Assembly: GCA_937625935.1 (NCBI GenBank)
Contig: OW569351.1
Span: forward strand, 580,260-644,259
DNA from: Tetramitus jugosus
Lineage: Eukaryota; Protista; Heterolobosea
Length of the DNA stretch: 64,000 bases
Reading direction: 5' to 3'
Made by a program: the position numbers and the translations under genes
Notes under the pieces: generated by a model
What the model was told of the DNA's origin: nothing
The model's input: the letters and a program-made list of their open reading frames with translations, nothing else
The model's database searches: none
Shown here: positions 55,332-64,000 of the stretch, one piece after another
Layout of the letters: every line of letters begins with the position of its first letter
How positions within the stretch are numbered: the first letter of the stretch is position 1

Positions 55332-58300
55332 ATGGTCGTTCCGGACAGTTCCACCAGTCAACTACTCAAAGGCTCTCTAGTGATTAAGAAGAAGGGTAAA
55401 AAGAATTACGCAATCATTGAACATAGCGAAACTGAATCATTCATCAACACAATTACTACCGAACGTATCAAACGTTATGATGATGACGTAGAGGCAACTT
55501 TTACATTGCATAACGAGCAAGATGATGACGAAGATATATTTACAGTGCAATGTCCCGACTTCCCGAACACTACAACTCATGTATTTGATGTCCAGGACGA
55601 TTCAGATACTAATTCAATGGTACATGATTTGAAAATGGCCCTTCGCAATGGTAGATTACCACCGGATGCAATCATAACACAGTTTCTAGCTTCACAATTG
55701 CGAAATATTAATGTACTGAACAAGCATGCATGGGATCATCCATTGTCACTGCAACTACTGGGCCACAATATCCGCACATACACTAGTCGTCGCAAGTATC
55801 AGTATTTGTTAGGCAAGAGCACTACTGCCAATGATAAGGGACATTATGATGTGAGAGATTTGTTGTTCATACTCCCATCAAACTCTCTTTTAGATCAGCT
55901 CAATCCACCATTGACTAATCAATTCGGTGTCATGAAGGATAACATTGAATTGTTTTCCGAGTTAATGGAGACATTGAAGTTACAGAATTTGTGGTCAATA
56001 ATGATAGATGGTATCCAATTAATGAGTGGGATCACTGTATCTAGAAACACAGGATACATCTATGGTGAATCACAGAAGGTGTATACTATTTCTGATGTTG
56101 ATGATGACGCAATGTTCCAGCATTTACTACATTTAGCAGATAACCAATTAGCCAAGAAAGCTGTTGTCTGCTTGCTTGTCCATGGAACTGGAGAGCCAGC
56201 ACAAATTCTGGGATTCACGTGCACATTCTCAGAGTCGACAGACGTGATTTCAAATTTAGTTACAGCAGGTATCGAATGCTGCAATGAGTATGGTATTAAT
56301 GTTGCTCTACTTGCTGCAGATGGAGGCAATATTGCTGCATTAAAGCTGCTCAAATCTCAAATAATGATACCATTGAAGGATGGATCGAGAATTAACATTC
56401 CAGCAGTGGTTTGTGCATGTCATTTAGTGAAAAGTGACAAGTGCAATATGAAGTTGAAACATATTTTGATTCCAGTTCATGAAAAATCTATTTTACAGAA
56501 TCGAACATTGAAGCCCAAGATGATCATCAAATCTAGGCATGAGGGAATTAACTATTTGCTCGTAACTGGGCAGTATTCGACCACATCATTTCAACTACAG
56601 TTACGAGCGAAGCACCGAGTCTATTATCATGGTATTTACTCTACAAAGAATCAGAATATGATGAACCACTTTGATGAGAAGATTGAGGGTGGTCACAAAT
56701 TTATTGGTAGTAGTTCTCTTCAGATTGGACTTTTGAATCCATATAGTTCATTCGATGAATTTGAGGTTATTTGTGACAGTGAGATTACACTCACAATTGT
56801 TGGATATACAACACATATCGTGGGACTGGACACAGTTGTATACACGTATCAGCAATCAGAATCAGTGAGGAGGGTATTGCAACCAACAGATATACTCACT
56901 ACAGACAAACAGAGTGAGTCTCACATGTCTGCAGTTTGCAGTGATGCATATTTACAAGTTCTGAGCATTGAGTACCCCCAATTCATCGGATTGATTCGTT
57001 TGATAACTCTGATGAATAACACATATCAACGTTGTGTGAAGAATAAGGATATATTGGAGTATTCTCATTGTTTAACTCGTGATTATAGTGATCTGTTACA
57101 GTGGAGCAAAATCTATGGAGTTCTCGACAGCAGCAAATTCAACTTTCCAGCAGCTACTCTAGAATCATATGAATTGAACTCTGAATCGGTCGCAGCATTA
57201 ATCAAAATTCTGAATGATCGAAGTATTATAGAATTTAATCTGCATTTGTTCATGACAAACATGCTGGAAGGATTATTTGGAGATCTCAGAGCTGTTCTAC
57301 GCAGATTCACAGTCTACACATTCTTGATAGTCCTCTCCAAAGTCAATCAGCAGAGAGTTTTGAAGTATCATCCAGAGAGCTTGCAACGAAGGAATAGTAT
57401 TGGTACAGCGAAACACTACGCTAACAGAGATGTCCAGCACACTAGAACAGCAACAGGAACAGTTATTGCTGCTGCGAAGAAGAAGAAGTATCTGAAGAAG
57501 CAGGCATCGTACACACAAGAACAGTTTGGGAAAGCTAAATTGATTGAAAAACAGCAATTGAAGCTCAAAACCAAAGAGAGTCGTGATTATATGATCAGTT
57601 CGTTTGCACAGGAGGCAATTAACTTCATGAAGCTCCGGACAAAGAGTGTCACAGTGGACTCTGCATTGATCAATGCAACAGAGATTGTGGATAAGGAGCC
57701 TGTAACAACAGAATACACTGGTGAGCTATCGACAGGAGTAGTGTATAGTGCCTTGTGGAAACGGCCAAACAGTATAGTAACTAGGCTTGCAGCAGATTAT
57801 GTGTATTGTGATTTTGAGTGGAACGGCAAGAGCCAGATCATATCTGTGTGTTTCTACCATCCCAGGTCAAGTACAGTGTTTTCCAGTTTGGTCAGACAGA
57901 GCAGTGCTGGTCTAGTGAAAGTTCATGGTCTTACAAACCACATGCTGAAGAATTCTCCAATGCCTATGCATGTGTGCTCAGAGATCAGAGCATTCTTCAC
58001 GATGATTAATGCAGAGAAGATTGCCTTGGCAGCATATTATGGTAGGAATCATGATTATCAATTACTGCAAAGAGGAACCCAGACAATCTGTTGTTCACAG
58101 ATATACAATTTGTGATCAAACATATCATTGAGAAGGAGGGAATTGATCCAGATTCATTATCTCTGTCCAGTATTCATTCACACTATTTTGGCAAAGATAT
58201 GTATCAGCAGCATGATGCACACGCAGATACTATTGCCACTCATGATGTTGTTCTCACAGGATGCAAGAACAACAAGATTGATATTTCAACTACTCGGAAG

Positions 58301-58918
58301 CATTTTGATCTGCTTGTGACAACACAGCCTCAATCAGATAGTGAACTCACTGTTGAAGAATATACATTGAAATTAATTGAGAAGCGAGGTGAACCACTGA
58401 AATCAACTGGTAAACGGAAGAAGCGGAAGCCCTCAACAGTCAGTGGTAAACGCAAACGCAGTGGCGACAGTCAACAACAGAAGGCTCAGAAGACATCCAG
58501 TAGAGCTAGTAAGAAGCCCAGTGAACGAAATGCTGATGGTATTGACACTGTCAATATTGTTTCTAACAGACGTCAGCGATCTGCAATAGCGTCATACTCT
58601 CAGTTGCACAATGGTGATTATGGATCAGATACAGAATCAGAATCAGAACCAGATTATGATGGAGAGTATGAATCAGATGACTATGATGACGAGGAGCAAT
58701 CTCACAGAGACTATTGTATGAAATGTCACAAACATGGGGAGTTATTCATGTGTGAAGGTGAAGATTGTGCCAATGTCTGCTGTCCAACATGTGCTGGTTT
58801 CACTGCTCGTCCCAGCTCTGATGCACCAGTTCCACTTGATTGGCCAGACGACTATTATTGTCCACATTGTGAAGAGAAGGAGGATTATAATGAATTTGAT
58901 GATTCAATCCGTCAATAA
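55332..58918 (+). mobile_element. P-element/THAP9-type DDE transposase fused to a DEDDh 3'-5' exonuclease and PHD finger (one frameshift at ~58075)
   Basis: ILPS, IMIDG (D226), AADGG (D330), CHLVK, DKQS, NMLEGLFGDLR (E646); ExoI YCDFEW, VHGLT, ExoII GRNHD; next frame ExoIII HDAHAD; PHD CMKC...LFMCEGEDC...CPTC...YYCPHC. Confidence 0.75.
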
Positions 58919-59053
58919 TGATCAAAGTAAGAGACTTTATCAATTGAGCCACTGTAATGTTGATATAAAGGCTTGATAGATCCCAGGTGTGAAATGCTTT
59001 TTGTTCGAGTGGTCAAAAGCTTCAGTTCGCTACCTGTGGTTCGTGAGTTCGAA

Positions 59054-59876
59054 TCACAGTGAGCGAATGAAATAGGTCCAACTTTTTGACTTGTGAACCC
59101 CTGTAAAATTTCCTGTCGAGGGCCTAAAGCGTTTCGAGTTCCAATGATTGAACGTGTAGGGATGTATGTTGTGCAATGAGGGAGTTTCATACCCATCTCT
59201 TGTCAGAGAGTAGTTTTTCATATGTACAGTATGGATCACCTGAGATATATTAGGGGAGCATGAAAAACCGTCAGTCCAGTAGAAGCTCTCTTGCGCACTT
59301 CGAACCTTATCATAGATATCGGCTCTAATACTGCTAGTAAGTCCAGTTTTAGCAAGTCGATCGGCTGTGTTATTCTGAGTCGAATCGGCATGTCCTTTGA
59401 CCCACTTTAGAGTTGTAATCAAATTCTTTTCTCTCAGAGTCTTGAAACATAGAGAGGCAATGTCAGCATTTTTTGCCCACCTTGGACTACTGTCCATACT
59501 TACCGTTGTTTTGTTATCACACATTGCTAGGATGCTATCCTCGTTTGGTGCTAATAGGGCTGCCACAGTCATCGTTATAGTTTCTGCATGAGTAGAAGAG
59601 TTTGCGTATGGTATATGAAAGTATTGTTCGAGGATTGTGTTATCACTAGAATCAGTCCACACAATACCACCACCTCCTTTACCACTGACAGCGTCGAAGG
59701 AAGCGTCAGTCCAACAGTGTTTGATACTGGGGAGAAGCTCTTGAGGTATGTCTACAATGGTCCATTGATCTCGAGCAAATTCGACCCTTACTGGGTTTAG
59801 GTCATGATTATTCCTTTTGCCTAAGTAGATACCAGCGTTGTTCATTTCTTCAATTGTGGTGAGGTCTCTCCTCCAA
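59054..59876 (-). pseudogene. RNase H domain fragment, non-LTR retrotransposon-like
   Basis: WTDAS...GGGIV, SSTHAE, MCDNK, WVKGHADSTQNNTADRLAK (D-E-D-H-D RNase HI motifs). No RT seen. Confidence 0.8.
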
Positions 59877-60004
59877 GGGTTTGGGTTTGGGGTGCTATTC
59901 GCTGAACAACCCAACCTTTTTCTATAACTCCTTACCCAACCTTTTAATAAGTCTAATCCAACCTTTTACCTGCGTCGTTAGACGCAGGTGTTATATAGTA
60001 GAAA

Positions 60005-60210
60005 ATTGCTTTGCGAGCCTCAGCGAGCAATGCATAACAGGATTAAACTTCATTTTTGATGTTTTGCGAGCTACATGAATATACATTGCTTTGCGAGCAT
60101 AAGCGAGCAATGCATAACATTAGGACTAATGTTCATTTTACTTCGAGCTTTTTGGAAAAGCTCGCTTAGGCTCCTTTCATTTTGCGATCTTCAGCGAGCA
60201 ATACATAACA
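60005..60210 (+). repeat. Three copies of a ~35-bp TTTGCGAG...AGCGAGCAATGCATAACA motif plus a 9-bp hairpin
   Basis: Copies at 60005, 60085 and ~60181; CGAGCTTTT-TGG-AAAAGCTCG at 60144-60164. Confidence 0.8.
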
Positions 60211-61517
60211 TTTATTCTACTTTTCTTACGTTGGCAATTATTCCTAGTAGAATAATGAACAATACAGGATCTTTTCAATAATTTTTCATTGCTCTTGTCA
60301 TTTAATTTATTTTCTCTCTACCTAGGGGTCATTTATCCAAATCAACATGTTTCTTCTTGATACATCGCCTCAGTCATGGACATATTTGAATACATATAAT
60401 ATCTGGCGACTCCTACTATCTTAAAACGTTCTGAATCCAGGCGTTTTACAGTGAGAAGGACCTCACGAATACACCCTTTGTCCCTTGTCTTAACATCGGT
60501 GCAATGGAAAATACATGTCTTCCTTCTGTATTTACTTCCATTCGTTATAAATACAAGTTGCAGGAGAAGAATGTGTGTATTGTAACAATATTCTATCAGC
60601 AATAGGAGCATAAGAACACGAACGAAGAACAAATACAGGCTAGTATGAACAAAAAATTAAACTTAGAAGAAAGGCATAGCGACCTTCTTTTGTAGCGATG
60701 TTTTGAACGAATTATTGATCTGAATGAATAATTTTGAAGTATTCTGACATCTGACCTGGCTCCTTCTTGATATGAAATAAGAATTGCATGAGTGTGTCCT
60801 CAAAGGAGTGTATAAACCCAAACCCAACCAAGCGAGGACGCTTGATGATTAATAAGTGTTTGATTGAAGGAAAGTAATACGAATGTATTGTGGATACATC
60901 CAGGATTCCCCAACCTAAGGAAACGATTTCCTTATATGGTAATTTTTTTTTTGAGATTTTTTATTGCTCTGGGAGGTTCAGCTAGCATAGATGAAGAGAT
61001 TACCGTGGTTTTCAACTCGATTTGAGCTTTATCGGCTCGTAGAGCCGATATATCTGTGCTGTATTTAACATATTTTTATCTGCAACAGTGTTAAAACTGC
61101 AACAGATTTTAGACGACTTTGATTCTATGCTGGGGATAAGACGTACGAGTGAAACATGATTTATTTGTTTTGGATCTGAGTAATGGGACAATATTTGATC
61201 ATTTTTAACATGATTTCCTACTAAATATATTTTTTGACTTGATATCTTATGACTTGTTTTTCTGAAAGTTTGACTGACTTGATTTTGCGTTTATCTGAAT
61301 AGAATCGACAGTTTTTATCAAATAATCACGTTAGAACCAGATATTTTATCTATTAATGAGACTTGTCGATATGAAATTCTGAACGACAGTGAAATAGTGA
61401 AGTTTCAAATTTGAATCGAGTTTATAGTTGAAATGTCAGACTCAACCCGTCAGAAATCCAGAGTACTAGCTTTTGAGAATGGCAATACAGCTTTACGAAT
61501 GTATTAGACTGAAAATC

Positions 61518-61539
61518 TGGGTTGGGTTTGGGTTTGGGT
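61518..61539 (+). repeat. Interstitial telomere-like repeat
   Basis: TGGGTTGGGTTTGGGTTTGGGT. Confidence 0.75.
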
Positions 61540-62278
61540 CTGTCTTGTTGTTAAGGAAAACCCGAGAATTTAGCTGTATTTTGTATCAGAGCGTTGAAAT
61601 TTACAGTTTAGTGTAAAAAAAAATTTAGTTCGGTTGAGTTGTGGCTTATAGGTTGAGGGAGTAAAAAGAAGACATATAGGACAAGAGTTGCATGGATTTT
61701 GGAGTCTATTATCAGATCGGAGATATTGAGGTTCAACGAACAGGGAGGTTCACGGTCCAGGACCGTGAAATGATTTCCTGTATTTCATCTCAGGTCATTT
61801 GTCAGTGGAGCTTTTTGGATCCAGCAAAGAATTTCGACCAACGAGCGAAGTGATTGTAACGGATTAAGAAGGAATACCACACAGCAACATGATGCCAGAA
61901 GACTTGTGAAGGAGTTCAACCTGAAATACAATGGCAGTCAATAGTTAACTATATTTTGTCTTGATCATGATCTGTGACTACTAATTACGATTTATAGATA
62001 CGCCGCAACCTGATTTTTAAGTAGTTTGATTTGATGTCTTTCTGATCTATCTGTACTAAAGTGCAAGTGCTTCTGTTGAAAAGCAGATTTCGGTTGCATC
62101 GACCTCCAACCAGCATATAAACCCAAATCCCACCCTTTTTTACTTTTTGATTTTATCTTCAGAATAGGTCGTAGGGGATCTGTAGTCATTCAATGAATCT
62201 ACAATTTTATCTCTGTTGAATCGCAAATTAATTATGTCAAAAGTACATTTAGGGTTGACTTCTCCTCCAACCAGTATA

Positions 62279-62302
62279 AGGGTTAGGGTTAGGGTTAGGG
62301 TT
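62279..62302 (+). repeat. (AGGGTT)4 TTAGGG-type variant telomeric tract
   Basis: AGGGTTAGGGTTAGGGTTAGGGTT. Confidence 0.85.
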
Positions 62303-62522
62303 GTCACATATCGGCTAGCCAAGACTGGCTGAATACAGTCAACTGTACGTTGTAAAGGTTGTTTTTGTATTCTTTATGGTCTGGAGTGTTCAACTTAAGC
62401 TTTGTGTGAAAAAACTCACTCTTGATTCCGAACTATCCCCCAAACTGTGATATGGAGTTGGGTTTTGAACTCAGAAAACCCAAATCTCTATGAGCTATTG
62501 ACTGATGAGTCGATAAAAAATA

Positions 62523-62882
62523 GGCTGAACCAGCCATTTCGGCCTAGAAAAGCTTTTTTACAGAGGAACTATCTGGTTCCGCCTAAAAGTTGGACTCACA
62601 AGCGGAACCAGCTGGTTCCGCCTAAAAGAGCTTTTTTTCAGAGGAACTATCTGGTTCCGCCTAAAAATTGGACTCACAAGCGGAACTATCTGGTTCCGCC
62701 TAAATTTTCGACTTTACAGAGGAACCAGCTGGTTCCGCCTAAAACTTGACTTTGTCAGTGGAACTATCTGGTTCCGCCTGTAATACGACTTTTTCAGTGG
62801 AACCAGCTGGTTCCGCCTAAATGCACACATGTCTAAGAGGAACCAGATAGTTCCGCATAAAAAGATTTCTACAGAGGAACTT
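62523..62882 (+). repeat. Subtelomeric 39-bp tandem array with palindromic core GGAAC-N6-GTTCC
   Basis: Unit starts at 62523 (degenerate), 62562, 62601, 62640, 62679, 62718, 62757, 62796, 62836, 62873 (partial). Confidence 0.95.
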
Positions 62883-63360
62883 GGAACTGAGATCAGAAAG
62901 GTTCGAACATCTGAAGGAAGATACATTGTGACCGAGACGGTTGAAGTGCAAGATTGAAGTCCTTCATAAATTGTTTGTAATGCTCAGTCGGTGAATACAA
63001 TAGCCTGATGAATGCATTCTCGACTGGGAATGGCATTGTCCAGTAACCGAAACGTGGGAGAAAAGAAAAGACGAAGGACACGGCAGGAAATATTTTGTAA
63101 CAAAGAATGATGAAGGAGCTTAAACTCCTTTGATGAAGGTTCAACATGGATGAAGGAGTGTTGTTAGAATTACAATGAGAGTTTTGACATCGAGTGCAGA
63201 GGTGCATGGAGCGAATGATTGAGTGAGAGGAAGTTGTAACACATGTTAGGAAGAAGTATCAAGGAAGTGAGAACAAGATTACAATGGTGGACATTGAATT
63301 CCTGCATAAAAATTGATTTTGAGATGATTTTGTGATTTTGATGAGAAAATAGATTTTGAC

Positions 63361-64000
63361 TTGGGTTTGGGTTTGGGTTTGGGTTTGGGTTTGGGTTTGG
63401 GTTTGGGTTTGGGTTTGGGTTTGGGTTTGGGTTTGGGTTTGGGTTTGGGTTTGGGTTTGGGTTTGGGTTTGGGTTTGGGTTTGGGTTTGGGTTTGGGTTT
63501 GGGTTTGGGTTTGGGTTTGGGTTTGGGTTTGGGTTTGGGTTTGGGTTTGGGTTTGGGTTTGGGTTTGGGTTTGGGTTTGGGTTTGGGTTTGGGTTTGGGT
63601 TTGGGTTTGGGTTTGGGTTTGGGTTTGGGTTTGGGTTTGGGTTTGGGTTTGGGTTTGGGTTTGGGTTTGGGTTTGGGTTTGGGTTTGGGTTTGGGTTTGG
63701 GTTTGGGTTTGGGTTTGGGTTTGGGTTTGGGTTTGGGTTTGGGTTTGGGTTTGGGTTTGGGTTTGGGTTTGGGTTTGGGTTTGGGTTTGGGTTTGGGTTT
63801 GGGTTTGGGTTTGGGTTTGGGTTTGGGTTTGGGTTTGGGTTTGGGTTTGGGTTTGGGTTTGGGTTTGGGTTTGGGTTTGGGTTTGGGTTTGGGTTTGGGT
63901 TTGGGTTTGGGTTTGGGTTTGGGTTTGGGTTTGGGTTTGGGTTTGGGTTTGGGTTTGGGTTTGGGTTTGGGTTTGGGTTTGGGTTTGGGTTTGGGTTTGG
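63361..64000 (+). repeat. Telomere (TTTGGG)n
   Basis: 640 bp of uninterrupted TTTGGG to the window end, G-rich strand running 5'->3' toward the end. Confidence 0.98.

Noticed and set aside
58060-58100. Programmed frameshift or intron joining the transposase-exonuclease ORFs
   Set aside because: No slippery heptamer, and no GT-AG intron that preserves ExoII; a small deletion or sequence error is simpler.
34000-60000. Endogenous giant virus or Polinton
   Set aside because: No capsid, packaging ATPase, PolB or primase-helicase motifs recognised.
62523-62882. CRISPR array call for the 39-bp palindromic repeats
   Set aside because: Linkers are only ~14 nt and related to each other (TTGGACTCACA twice, GACTTT several times). 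No cas genes or leader; eukaryotic subtelomere context.
62447-62926. ORFs with RNYLVPPK/RNQLVP repeats on both strands
   Set aside because: By-product of a 39-bp (multiple of 3) palindromic repeat; no coding evidence.
1-64000. tRNA or rRNA genes
   Set aside because: No cloverleaf with A/B boxes or rRNA-like conserved segments recognised by eye; a tRNAscan/Infernal run would be needed to exclude them.

Overview
Right-hand end of a chromosome from a microbial eukaryote that uses the standard genetic code and has few introns. The (TTTGGG)n telomere and the RCC1, F-box/LRR and MHYT-PAS-RGS gene types suggest a heterolobosean (Naegleria-like) amoeba; this is an inference. Three zones: (1) 1-30.2 kb, a dense block of intact genes (LysM protein, mitochondrial bL20, sphingosine/ceramide-type lipid kinase, cathepsin B-like protease, WS/DGAT, cupin, acyl-CoA oxidase, PB1-NYN protein, PMS1-type MutL, F-box/LRR, EEP hydrolase, DUSP pseudophosphatase, membrane protein, ankyrin, SET-MYND, RCC1). 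(2) 30.2-60 kb, a subtelomeric accessory zone of mobile elements and decaying genes. (3) 60-64 kb, non-coding subtelomeric repeats and the telomere array from 63361. The main finding is a complete 3.67-kb non-autonomous DNA transposon (30248-33919) with 12-bp perfect TIRs and TTAA on both sides. It carries an intact Fanzor1-type RNA-guided nuclease, a pseudoknotted omegaRNA candidate ending in the right TIR, and cargo (a VPS35 fragment, an F-box-like ORF and a CxxC micro-ORF). Also notable: a P-element/THAP9-type transposase fused to a DEDDh exonuclease and PHD finger, a Crinkler-like REase-kinase, and a 39-bp subtelomeric array whose palindromic core occurs in symmetric, forward and flipped states. 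All domain calls come from motif recognition by eye, not database searches.
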